Origin: Candidatus Poribacteria bacterium
Lineage (GTDB): Bacteria; Poribacteria; WGA-4E; PCPOR2b
Length of the DNA stretch: 64,000 nt
NCBI GenBank assembly: GCA_965207975.1
Contig: OZ242315.1
Span: 6,203,424-6,267,423, forward strand
Direction of reading: 5' to 3'
How positions within the stretch are numbered: the first letter of the stretch is position 1; every line of letters begins with the position of its first letter. The translations under genes were made by a program, and so were the position numbers. Positions 20,634-29,963 of the stretch are shown here, piece by piece. The notes under the pieces were generated by a model. It was not told the origin of the DNA. It worked only from the letters and a program-made list of their open reading frames with translations, and did no database searches.

Positions 20634-20671
20634 AACGTCGAAAAAGGAATGCGAAGAAGCTAGGACATAAA

Positions 20672-20734
20672 TGGGACTTACGCAGCCACTTGTAGGCGAG
20701 GCATCTTGCCCCGCGCTGAAATGCGTAGCTCCTA
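20672..20734. mobile_element. Minimal MITE with (T)AGGACTTACGCA-type termini enclosing a GTAG hairpin
   Basis: tgggacttacgca ... tgcgtagctccta. Confidence 0.6.
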
Positions 20735-20736
20735 AA

Positions 20737-20770
20737 AGAAACCGAGTTTTTTCTTGAAAACTCGGTTTCT
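20737..20770. repeat. AGAAACCGAGTTTT hairpin (short-loop form); possible terminator
   Basis: Perfect 14-bp stem, 6-nt loop. Confidence 0.75.
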
Positions 20771-20793
20771 GTTGCACCATTTTTTAACATAAG

Positions 20794-21124
20794 TAGGACT
20801 TACGCAGTTGAGCACTCAAAGTCCTGTAGTTCGGCGATTCATCGCCGCTGGACATAACTTTCAACGCCCGTTAAGAAACGGGCAACTACAGCAGGGGAAC
20901 CATCAAGGATCCCGACCATAAGATGTAATTGTTTGTAATGCGATTGAAGGTCCATGACAAAACGTTTCATGCTGAAATAGGGACAATTTTCCCATTTGCG
21001 CGGGAAAAATGGGAAAATTTGATTTTCGCAGGCGAAACGTAACCTTTTTAATCTCACTCATGCGACCTTCATCTGCGAGATCTGCGTTTGTCTCTACTCT
21101 TAAAACTGAAGTGCGTAGGTCCTA
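20794..21124. mobile_element. MITE with TAGGACTTACGCA termini
   Basis: taggacttacgcagttga ... aaactgaagtgcgtaggtccta; both ends resemble 58694-58832. Confidence 0.75.
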
Positions 21125-21213
21125 TACACAATTAACTTGAACTGATGTTTTGCGCTTGGGTCAATTCAAATTGTCAAAATCTAACAAAATCTAACACTTT
21201 TTACAAAAATTCT

Positions 21214-21441
21214 TAGGACTTATGCAGTTGAACACTCAAAGCCTCCGTTCCGAGAGTCTTCGACTTGTAGTTCGGCGATTTATCACCGCCCCGATAAATC
21301 GGGATTCAAAGCAATTGGACACCGTTCCCAACCCTGGTCTCGGAGCGGATGCCCAATGAATCCCCGATAAATCCCCGATGAGTCGGGACAGTCGGGATTA
21401 AGAAACGGGCAACTACAGTAAGGTTTAGTCCGTAACTCTTA
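21214..21441. mobile_element. MITE copy (TAGGACTTATGCA) expanded by palindrome insertions
   Basis: Shares gtagttcggcgatt and ttaagaaacgggcaactacag with the 20794 copy; right end degenerate. Confidence 0.65.
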
Positions 21442-21573
21442 CATAAGGTAAAAAATAATAGAAATTCTTCCTAGCGTCTTGGCGACTTTGCGCTAAAATT
21501 CTCCTGTTAATCTTTTAATCCTGAAAATCCTGATTCTGACTTAATGCAGCTATCGAAGAAAGATTGCCCCCGA

Positions 21574-22332
21574 ATGCCACTAATTGAATTGGAGATCTCC
21601 AATCGAGTCGCCACGTTGACCCTGTGTCGTCCTGAAGCACTTAACGCTATCAATCAAGCCCTGTTGCGCGATTTTGAGGAGGCACTGTGTCAGGTGCGGG
21701 AGGCTTCAGAAACGGTGGTGCTTGTCACACAAGGTAGCGGACGAGCGTTTTCCGCGGGCAGTGACTTGAAGGAGTTAGCGGAATGTTCACCCCGACAGGC
21801 GGCAGAATTTGAATATACACACGGACAGGTTTTCGCGCAGCTGGAGGAACTTCCGCAGATTACCGTAGCGGCATGGAGAGGATATGTTCTGGGCGGAGGG
21901 CTCTTCTTGGGTGTCTACCACGATTTCCGTGTGGCTGCAAAGGGAGCTCGCATCGGACTGCCAGAGGTGGCGCACGGTTGGACCCCGCCTTGGGGTGTTT
22001 CGCGGCTGGTAGAATTGGTTGGAGTTCAAGCTGCCCGAAAGATTATGTTGTGTGGTGGGCAATTTGACGGTGCAGCAGCACAGAATCTCGGCTTGGTTGA
22101 TGAGGTGTGGTCTGACGCGGAATTTGACACCCAATTTCGTAATTGGGTTGAGGAGCTCGCTTCGTGCCCAAAGGCTGCGTTGGCTGAAACCAAAGCGTTA
22201 CTGCGTGAAATGCGGGGGCTGGATCACGAACATTGGGAACGACGGACGGTTGAGGCGTTTGAAAGGTGTTATGTGACACCGGAGGCACAGGGGTCGGTGC
22301 GTCGGTTTATGAAACGAGAACGTAAAGAGTAA
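21574..22332 (+). CDS. Enoyl-CoA hydratase/isomerase family protein
   Basis: RPEALNA, AFSAGSDL, GYVLGGG, GLPEV; start uncertain. Confidence 0.9.
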   Translation: MPLIELEISNRVATLTLCRPEALNAINQALLRDFEEALCQVREASETVVLVTQGSGRAFSAGSDLKELAECSPRQAAEFEYTHGQVFAQLEELPQITVAAWRGYVLGGGLFLGVYHDFRVAAKGARIGLPEVAHGWTPPWGVSRLVELVGVQAARKIMLCGGQFDGAAAQNLGLVDEVWSDAEFDTQFRNWVEELASCPKAALAETKALLREMRGLDHEHWERRTVEAFERCYVTPEAQGSVRRFMKRERKE

Positions 22333-22358
22333 TTTCGTAGCGTTGAAGGAGAGATAGA

Positions 22359-23921
22359 GTGGACATCGCTGGGAATCGTACACTATCATCTATCTTTAGT
22401 CAATTTGCAGCATATCATCCCGACAAGACCTATCTGATTTTCGAGGACTTGGAAGGGAATTGTCAACAGTGGAGCTTTGCACAGTTTGAGGAACGGGTGA
22501 ATCAGACCGCTCGGTGGCTGTTAGAGATAGGGATCAAACGGGGCGAATCATTCGCCTTTCACGCTCCCAATTCGCCCGTTTTCGTTGCGCTTGCCATCGC
22601 TGCAAGTCGCATTGGCGCGGTCATGGTGCCGACTGACCACCGTGCTACCGTTGATGAGCTCGTCTATATCCTCGACAACTCGGAATCACGGCTTGTTATT
22701 ACAGAGTTCGATCAACTGATGCTTACACAGACGGCAGCGGCAGCGACCTCTTGTGTGCAGGAGGTTGTGGTGTCTCGATGTGAACATCCGAGCGGGCATC
22801 CGATATTTGAACGTGAGATTGCGCGTCAGGATACCTCCGCACCCAATGTTGAGATTTCCCCCGACGATGTGGTACACATGATATATACCTCTGGCACAAC
22901 TAGCAAACCCAAAGGCGTACTGATGACCAACAGGGCGTTGATCTATGGGGCAGAGGTCTTCGTGCGTGGCAGTGGTCTGCGAAACGAGGACCGGCACCTC
23001 ATCACGTTGCCTGTTTTTCACGCTGCGGCACACTGTCACGCCTTTTGGCCCTCTCTGGTTTGTGGTGCTAGCATTGTGGTATCTCCGCGATTTAGTCCCT
23101 CCCGATTCTTCGGCTTGGCTGTTCGGCATCAATGCACGATGGCTGCGTTGTTCTCCGCACCGCTCCGTATGTTACTTGCCCAACCTCCCAATGAAGGCTG
23201 GCGATCCCATCGCCTGAGAAACGTCACCTTTGCGATTGCCCTCACCGACGAGCAGTTTGCCGAGTGGGATACGCGCTTCGGCGCACCACTCCAGCACCTC
23301 TGGGGGATGACCGAAACGGTTGGACTACCGCTGATGAGTCCGCTCTACGGTCCGCGCAACCTCCCCTCAATGGGAAAACCTGTCTTGGGTTACGATGTCC
23401 GAATCCTCGACGATAATGGCAACGAAGCACCTCCGGGAGAGATTGGACAGATTGCAATTGGGGCAGATCCTGGCCGCACGGTGATGAAAGGGTACTTCAA
23501 AAATCCGAAGGCGACGGAAGAGACCATGCGGGATGGCTGGCTATACACCGGCGATAACGCCTATTACGATGAGCAGGGATATTTCTATTTCATTGATCGG
23601 GGCAAGGATATCATCAAGCGCGGTGGGGAGAATGTCGCTCCAAGCGAAATCGAGGCGGTGATTAAGGGGGTGGAGGGTGTTTCTGATGTCGCAGTCGTTG
23701 GTATGCCTGATGAGATGTTCGACGAGGTGCCTCAAGCGTTTGTGATCCCCCAACCGGGAGCCACACTGACCGAGGATCAGATTATAGAGGGGTGTCGTCA
23801 GTCGCTCACGCGGTTCAAAGTGCCGGTGGCTGTTACGTTTTGCGACGAATTTCCCAGAACCTCTGTGGGGAAGATCCAGAAACATCTGTTGCGGGATCAG
23901 GCGTTGGAGTCAACCGAGTGA
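22359..23921 (+). CDS. ATP-dependent acyl-CoA ligase, CaiC-like
   Basis: YTSGTTSKPKG, WGMTE, TGD, IKRGGENV, PRTSVGK. Confidence 0.88.
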   Translation: MDIAGNRTLSSIFSQFAAYHPDKTYLIFEDLEGNCQQWSFAQFEERVNQTARWLLEIGIKRGESFAFHAPNSPVFVALAIAASRIGAVMVPTDHRATVDELVYILDNSESRLVITEFDQLMLTQTAAAATSCVQEVVVSRCEHPSGHPIFEREIARQDTSAPNVEISPDDVVHMIYTSGTTSKPKGVLMTNRALIYGAEVFVRGSGLRNEDRHLITLPVFHAAAHCHAFWPSLVCGASIVVSPRFSPSRFFGLAVRHQCTMAALFSAPLRMLLAQPPNEGWRSHRLRNVTFAIALTDEQFAEWDTRFGAPLQHLWGMTETVGLPLMSPLYGPRNLPSMGKPVLGYDVRILDDNGNEAPPGEIGQIAIGADPGRTVMKGYFKNPKATEETMRDGWLYTGDNAYYDEQGYFYFIDRGKDIIKRGGENVAPSEIEAVIKGVEGVSDVAVVGMPDEMFDEVPQAFVIPQPGATLTEDQIIEGCRQSLTRFKVPVAVTFCDEFPRTSVGKIQKHLLRDQALESTE

Positions 23922-23965
23922 TTTTTTGATGTAAAACTGAAAGGCTTAATTCGGAGAAAAGTCGA

Positions 23966-24178
23966 ATGAAGTGTTTGCACTGCCAATCGGAATTGAAACG
24001 CGGCACAGCGACATTTACCGATAGCCGTAACGGTTATGTTATTGCACTACAGGATATCCCTGCTTGGGTTTGTAGACAGTGTGGCGAACCTATGTTTGAC
24101 CACGATGCTGTATCCGGCATTCAAGATTTACTTCGGGCAGTAGATGAGCGTATTGAGAAATTACGTGACGTTGCATAG
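23966..24178 (+). CDS. YgiT-type zinc finger protein (MqsA N-terminal-like)
   Basis: MKCLHC ... IPAWVCRQCGE; GGAG RBS. Confidence 0.85.
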   Translation: MKCLHCQSELKRGTATFTDSRNGYVIALQDIPAWVCRQCGEPMFDHDAVSGIQDLLRAVDERIEKLRDVA

Positions 24179-24229
24179 ATGCAGCAACTCAATTTAGTCG
24201 ATAAGGTAAGGACTCCGTACTTTATTCCT

Positions 24230-24775
24230 TTAAAGTGAACCTTGTTTGTGGGTATAAATAACAGGAACCCCTATCTTTTTCAATACACCCACAAGTTGTT
24301 GTCGCAGTACAGGAGCCTCAGTGACGAAAAAAACTTCTATACTAGCTAAAATCTCGGCTGTCTGCTTTTTGATGATGCGTATTTGTCGGAAGTTCGCATA
24401 AGTAAGTACAATATAATCTGCCTCAATATCCGCAAACTCGGCATACCTTTCAATCAATTTCCCTTCGCCGGATTTGTGTGCAGCTTGGTTGCCTTCTATT
24501 GTCTGAATCTTACCTTCTACTGCAACCTCTTTTGTAATCTCCTTAGTTGCTGGACGGCTAACGACCTTAACGCCTGCGCTGATAATAGCTGCCTCTACTG
24601 CATTTGCAAACGCCACCTGATTCAGATAGTTATTTGCGGGAATAACAACGAAAGATGGAAACTCCGGAACATCTCGCAGAACAACAAACTGAATTTGAGT
24701 TTGAGTAGAGCAGCCTATAATTGCAAAAAAAAACACAAAACTAAAAATTACAATCCATAAACCGCGTAACAACAT
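24230..24775 (-). CDS. Hypothetical lipoprotein
   Basis: Hydrophobic N-terminus ending IIGC (lipobox-like). Confidence 0.7.
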   Translation of the reverse strand: MLLRGLWIVIFSFVFFFAIIGCSTQTQIQFVVLRDVPEFPSFVVIPANNYLNQVAFANAVEAAIISAGVKVVSRPATKEITKEVAVEGKIQTIEGNQAAHKSGEGKLIERYAEFADIEADYIVLTYANFRQIRIIKKQTAEILASIEVFFVTEAPVLRQQLVGVLKKIGVPVIYTHKQGSL

Positions 24776-24805
24776 TTTGAACCCCTTTTGATGATGAATT
24801 AGGCC

Positions 24806-26482
24806 CTATGTCTTACGGTTGACATGCCCCTCAACCTGCGTTGGGAAATATTTCATCAAACTATCGGTAAGATTTGGCGCGGCTGTTCCAAGACTACACG
24901 CACTGGTCGCTTTCATGGCTGCGCCGATGTCGCTAACCTCACGCTTCCACTTTGTCAGATCGCTAGGTCCTGCCTCGCCAGCAAGCCGTTCGGTGAGGCG
25001 TTGCGTGCCGATACGGCAAGGGAAGCACTTGCCACACGACTCCTCAGCGAAAAATTCCATTGCGCCATGTGCCATTTCGATTATGTCTCGGCTATCATCG
25101 AACACAATAATTCCAGCGGCACCGAGCATGGCTCCTACCTTCCCAATACTCGGCTCATCGAGGGTTACGTTCAGGTCATCTCCAGCGAGGAAGCCGCCGG
25201 ATAAGCCCGCCATTGTAACCGCCTGAATCGAACGCCCTTCCGGTGCGCCGCCTGCCCAGTCGTAGAGCAGCGTCGGCAACGGCAATCCAAACGGCACCTC
25301 GTAGTTACCCGGTTTCTGGATGTCACCGGAGAGGCTGATGACCTTCGTGCCGGCGTGCCCGTTCATTCCGAGACTGCGATACCAATCCGCTCCCCGGCGC
25401 ATAATCTGTGCTGCAGCCGCAAGGGTTTCGACGTTATTGACAACCGTTGGCAGATTGTCATATCCATGGGTGACTGGATAGGGAGGACGGTTGCGCGGGA
25501 AGGGGTGCTTACCTTCAAGGCTATTCAGCAGTGAGCCTTCCTCACCGCAGATGTAGGCACCGGCACCGCGCCGCAGATAGAGTTGGAAGTTGAAGTCTGC
25601 GTCGAGAATCCGCTCGCCGAGGAATCCCGCTTCCTCCGCTTCCGCGATTGCCCTTGCTAGCGTGTTGAGGGTTTCGGGATATTCATACCGGAGGTAGATG
25701 AAGCCGCGTGTCGCACCGGTCGCGTAGGCGGCGAGAACCATCGCCTCAATCACCGCGTGTGGATCGTGGTCGAGGATTGCGCGGTCTTTGAAACAGCCGG
25801 GCTCCCCTTCGTCCGCATTACAGACAATGGTTTTCGGATTGCCGGGTGCTTCGGCGACCGCCTGCCACTTGAGGCCGGTAGGAAAGCCAGCCCCTCCACG
25901 TCCCGCGAGCTTGCTCTCTGTGATGACTTCGACCACTTCGGTTGGCTGCATCTCCTGCACTGCGCGTGTAAGCCCCTCGTATCCACCGGAACGGCGATAC
26001 CCCTCAATGCTAGCTCGATCTGGTTCACGAATTCCGCCGAAGACACACTCATCAATTCCACCCGGATTCGGCGATGGCAGGGGAGAGGGTTTGGCTTCAA
26101 GCCCGTCCGAATCCACGCCGATGAGGACTTGATGACCTTTAAGCACCGGGACGAAATCATCACAGCGACCCGCACATGGCATTGGCGTTGCACCATCGTC
26201 CTTGAGTGCAGCAAGGATTTCATTCCCACCGACCAAGCAGCAAACAGGTCCCGTACAGACACGCGGGGCACTTTGCCCCGGTGCCGTGCGGGAGAAGTGA
26301 TGGTAGAACGTAACAGTTCCAAAGAGATCTGCAAGGGGAATCCTGAGTCCCACCGCTATGTCTCGGAGCGCGTCCTCAGAGATGAAACCGTCTCGATCGT
26401 GGAAGGCGTGGAGCAGCGGGAGCAGCGGTGCTGGCTCGTTCCGCCAGCACTCGATCAGCTCTTGGTTCGTTGGGGTTGCCAT
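24806..26482 (-). CDS. Fused NuoE-NuoF-like NAD(P)H-binding flavo-iron-sulfur protein
   Basis: CTGPVC/CAGRC 2Fe-2S ligands; GRGGAGFPTG, NADEGEPG, GAGAYICGEE, ESCGKCFPCR. Confidence 0.92.
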   Translation of the reverse strand: MATPTNQELIECWRNEPAPLLPLLHAFHDRDGFISEDALRDIAVGLRIPLADLFGTVTFYHHFSRTAPGQSAPRVCTGPVCCLVGGNEILAALKDDGATPMPCAGRCDDFVPVLKGHQVLIGVDSDGLEAKPSPLPSPNPGGIDECVFGGIREPDRASIEGYRRSGGYEGLTRAVQEMQPTEVVEVITESKLAGRGGAGFPTGLKWQAVAEAPGNPKTIVCNADEGEPGCFKDRAILDHDPHAVIEAMVLAAYATGATRGFIYLRYEYPETLNTLARAIAEAEEAGFLGERILDADFNFQLYLRRGAGAYICGEEGSLLNSLEGKHPFPRNRPPYPVTHGYDNLPTVVNNVETLAAAAQIMRRGADWYRSLGMNGHAGTKVISLSGDIQKPGNYEVPFGLPLPTLLYDWAGGAPEGRSIQAVTMAGLSGGFLAGDDLNVTLDEPSIGKVGAMLGAAGIIVFDDSRDIIEMAHGAMEFFAEESCGKCFPCRIGTQRLTERLAGEAGPSDLTKWKREVSDIGAAMKATSACSLGTAAPNLTDSLMKYFPTQVEGHVNRKT

Positions 26483-26497
26483 GGATAGGTATCTCCG

Positions 26498-27292
26498 TTA
26501 ATAGCCTGCTAGCAGTGTGCGTAGTTGGCTAGCGGCTTTCCGGACCTGATCGATACGGTCTGGATGTTCGCCTTCGTAGACGATGGATATGCATCCGTTA
26601 TAGTTGACGCTTTTCAAAATCTCTGCGATTCGCTCATAGTCCAGCCACTCCTCCGTGCCACTTTCGTTTTTGTAAAATTTTGTGCGGACATACAAGGCGT
26701 ATGGCACAGTCTGTTCCATGAACCCGTAAAAGTCGATATCGGGATCTGTTTCTCCTTTTGGACCTGATCCAGGTGAGCCAACCCACTGACCCGTATCCAT
26801 AATAAAGGAGAAGTTCTCTCGGTTGGTCTCGCTCCGGATACGCAGCATATCATCGCCTGTGGATGGGTGATTCTGCAACCCTACAGCGATGCCTTTCGTG
26901 GCTGCATAATCGGCGGCCTCCTGATACCCCTGAATCATCGCGGGCCAAGGATCATCGCCATCGCCATTCTTTTCGGGTATCACGGCGCAGAACGCGCGGA
27001 TCAGCGGTGAACCGAGAAACGCAGCGAGGTCAATCGCATCCCTACAATTTTGCGCGTGTTCCTCTCGTTCTGCTGCATTCCCGACGAACAGACCGCTCAC
27101 ACCGATGTAGCCAATGGGCATACCGTATTGAAGGCACTTCAGTTTGATACTGCTGAGATATTCTGGATCCGTTGAGGGGAAAGCCCGGTAGTGAAAGTCA
27201 ACGATGTCCATTCTTAGATCATGAGCGACATCAAGGAAGGTCTCAACATCTGTATTTTGTAAACTGAGAAAGTTACAGCCAATTTTGATCAT
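26498..27292 (-). CDS. Sugar phosphate isomerase/epimerase family protein
   Basis: GLQNH, MDTGQW, YNGCISIVYE. Confidence 0.85.
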   Translation of the reverse strand: MIKIGCNFLSLQNTDVETFLDVAHDLRMDIVDFHYRAFPSTDPEYLSSIKLKCLQYGMPIGYIGVSGLFVGNAAEREEHAQNCRDAIDLAAFLGSPLIRAFCAVIPEKNGDGDDPWPAMIQGYQEAADYAATKGIAVGLQNHPSTGDDMLRIRSETNRENFSFIMDTGQWVGSPGSGPKGETDPDIDFYGFMEQTVPYALYVRTKFYKNESGTEEWLDYERIAEILKSVNYNGCISIVYEGEHPDRIDQVRKAASQLRTLLAGY

Positions 27293-27433
27293 GTTACTTG
27301 TTTCCTTTCATATGGATGGTTGCCATTGTAGCCGATTAAACTATCAAAGATTCCTTCCACCTGAGGCGTGATGATATTCTCACGGCTCCAAGTCGAAAAA
27401 CTATGCTACTATACATACAACAGGAAGTCAATA

Positions 27434-28942
27434 TCAATTCTTCCATGAATAACTGAACAGTTTCGCATTTTGCAGTGTAAAGCGGAGTTTTATCCGTTTG
27501 CCGACCAAATCGGCAAGAGGCTTGGAAAAGGACACGGCAGCTTCAATATGGTCTCCCCGAATCGGTTGGGACTGCTCGTAGCCCTTCAGCGGTCGTCCCC
27601 GCTCGGTCAGGACGCTGACTACCAACTCGCCATCTGTGGCATCAAGATTGACTAACAAACGGCTGCCGCTCACAGTCACCTCTTTCGTGATCACGCGCCC
27701 GATACGCTGACCCGCCTCCAAGGAGATGTAACGGTCGGGTCGAAAGCGAACACAACCAATTGCTTGCAACGGGTGTCGTTTTCCTGCTTCGATCAATCTG
27801 CGCTGTTCAACTAGCCATTGCTGATCTACGGAAGGATGAGGAAGATTGCCAGAGGAATAATACTGGTACATCCAATCCCCCACACGTATCGGAACACTAT
27901 CGAAGTGTATCATGGCGCAATCCTGTTCGCCGGCTTCGCCTCTCCCAATCCACGGTTGGCGATCGCCAAGCCGATCCCAATGCACCAGATCACGGCTATA
28001 CACCAGTTGCGTTTCCATAATACCGTGCTGATTCCACATGCTATGTTTGTACATATCCATGCTGACATCGAAGATATAAAGTGCGCCAAGAAAAACATTG
28101 CCGACAGTCCACGGTTGCATGGTGTAGAATTCACAGTGTTGGTCTACCGGGTCGTTGTAGTGGATGATTCCCTCCGCATAAGCGTTGTCCAAGCGTTCGC
28201 GCGCCATTTCATCGTCAAGTAGATCCGGGGAGAGAACGAGGTTGGGACGGGGCCAATCTAACATCAATCGAGCGCGATTGGGTAAGGAATTGGCAAATGT
28301 CATCCCGACAGCCCGACGGCGGAAATGACCAACGGTAGCGTGGAGACGTGGGAAAGCAATATAGCGGCCGGGTACATCGTCGCGCATCATAGGGAAGGCA
28401 TCGTCGGCAACCAAAAAGGTGCCGGTGTCGCCTACACCATCGCTGATGCCGGGTTCCTCATCGGCGTTTTCCGCTGTATGCCAATTGAATCCATCCGGGC
28501 TAAAAATTGGGAGATACCGTTGCCTCCATTCACCGCCGGGGATCCACGATACCGTCCGATATAACGTATCCTCACCTTCAGAAAGGGTGGACTCCGGACA
28601 GTAAAAAACTGCGCCGGGTCCAATCCGCCCCGGTGTCTTAACTTTGTTATTCTCGGTACTACCATCGATCTCTGCTAGATGGAGAATCGGTTTCTCCCAG
28701 TGAAGACCATCTTCGCTTGTTGCGTAAAGGTCGTTAAGATCGTCTTTTGAGTTCCAATACCACATCTTGAGTGTCCCGTCCGAATCGCTGACGACCATGG
28801 GACAGGCGCATCCAGACAGATCTTCCCAAGGCTGGTCCGGTTGAAGCACGGTGCCGACCTTTTCTGGTGGATGGAACCTTCGCTTGAGGTGCTGCTTCGC
28901 TTCAATCTCGAAATCATCAATAAACAGGTGTTTGTGTTCCAT
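27434..28942 (-). CDS. Hypothetical beta-propeller glycoside-hydrolase-like protein
   Basis: Asp-box-like repeats SEDGLHW, SPDGFNW, SRDLVHW; C-terminal beta-sandwich-like segment. Confidence 0.7.
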   Translation of the reverse strand: MEHKHLFIDDFEIEAKQHLKRRFHPPEKVGTVLQPDQPWEDLSGCACPMVVSDSDGTLKMWYWNSKDDLNDLYATSEDGLHWEKPILHLAEIDGSTENNKVKTPGRIGPGAVFYCPESTLSEGEDTLYRTVSWIPGGEWRQRYLPIFSPDGFNWHTAENADEEPGISDGVGDTGTFLVADDAFPMMRDDVPGRYIAFPRLHATVGHFRRRAVGMTFANSLPNRARLMLDWPRPNLVLSPDLLDDEMARERLDNAYAEGIIHYNDPVDQHCEFYTMQPWTVGNVFLGALYIFDVSMDMYKHSMWNQHGIMETQLVYSRDLVHWDRLGDRQPWIGRGEAGEQDCAMIHFDSVPIRVGDWMYQYYSSGNLPHPSVDQQWLVEQRRLIEAGKRHPLQAIGCVRFRPDRYISLEAGQRIGRVITKEVTVSGSRLLVNLDATDGELVVSVLTERGRPLKGYEQSQPIRGDHIEAAVSFSKPLADLVGKRIKLRFTLQNAKLFSYSWKN

Positions 28943-29100
28943 TTTGCTTCCTTTCTACGTTCCCTTACACCATATTATAGCATGTTTCGCTTTTAATGAC
29001 AGCTACCTTCAAAAAATGTCTGGCATTGACGCTCGAAATCGGGTATCCTCTTAGTAGCAATTGTTTTTACGACCTACACATTCAAGAGTCGGAGGGAGAA

Positions 29101-29931
29101 ATGTCAGTTCAAAACGATTTGACCGGGTGCGTGGTCCTGACTCCAGAACAGAAGGAGTTCGTCGATGCTAACGGATACCTTGTCATTGAAAATGCAATAG
29201 AGCCAGAGGTGGTTGCTGAAATTGATGCGGCGATTGATGAGCTGCATGAACGCGAGGATAAGGCTGGGCGTTTGGAAGCTGATGGCAGGCTGAATATGCG
29301 TAACTGCATCACTGAGCACGATGCCTTTTTCCAACTCCTTGATTGGCCCAAAACGGCACCACTCGCTTGGGGCATCCTGAATTGGAATATTCAGCTGATC
29401 ACCTCGCACCTGCTTGTACTTCCATCGAAGGATGAGCCGCCACCGAAGGTCAAGGACAGGATTGGTCTGCACCGTGATGGCGGTACATCGCCGAGTGAGA
29501 TGCAGGAGCCTCATCCCAGAATCTTGCTTAAGATTGCTTACGCCATCAGCGATCAGTCGGATCCGGCTTCAGGCGCGACAGTGCTTGTCCCTGGTAGTAA
29601 CAGGCTCACTGGCACACCGCCCGTGGATACGGAAACTGGACACGCGAGAGGGGCTATCGCGATGAACGTAAAAGCAGGAGATGCGTTCATCTTTGAGCAA
29701 CGGACATGGCACGGTCCGGGACATAACTGGTCCGGTAAGCCGAGGAAGACAATCTTTATGGGCTATGCTTATCGATGGGTCAAACCGATGGACTATATTG
29801 CGATGCCAGACGAACTGATAGCTAAATGCAAAAACCCTCTACAGAAACAGCTGCTCGGCGTGGTCAGCGATCCACTGAGTTATTACCTGCCCAAGGATGA
29901 AGATGTGCCTTTGCGGGCACTGCTGAGTTAA
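29101..29931 (-). CDS. Phytanoyl-CoA dioxygenase (PhyH) family protein (NOTE: encoded on the + strand; see evidence)
   Basis: This duplicate-orientation entry is not supported; the gene is on the + strand, listed next. Confidence 0.01.
29101..29931 (+). CDS. Phytanoyl-CoA dioxygenase (PhyH) family protein
   Basis: NGYLVIE, LHRD, LVPGSN, GDAFIFEQRTWH; GGAGGGAG RBS. Confidence 0.9.
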   Translation: MSVQNDLTGCVVLTPEQKEFVDANGYLVIENAIEPEVVAEIDAAIDELHEREDKAGRLEADGRLNMRNCITEHDAFFQLLDWPKTAPLAWGILNWNIQLITSHLLVLPSKDEPPPKVKDRIGLHRDGGTSPSEMQEPHPRILLKIAYAISDQSDPASGATVLVPGSNRLTGTPPVDTETGHARGAIAMNVKAGDAFIFEQRTWHGPGHNWSGKPRKTIFMGYAYRWVKPMDYIAMPDELIAKCKNPLQKQLLGVVSDPLSYYLPKDEDVPLRALLS

Positions 29932-29963
29932 ACGGATTTCTCGCTTAAAATTCAGCGCGAGAA

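Noticed and set aside
20640-21545. Repeat-rich intergenic region as a CRISPR array
   Set aside because: No constant repeat with regular unique spacers and no cas genes; explained by MITEs and hairpins.
29101-29931. Minus-strand assignment of the PhyH gene
   Set aside because: The PhyH motifs are read on the + strand; the minus-strand entry in the feature list should be ignored.
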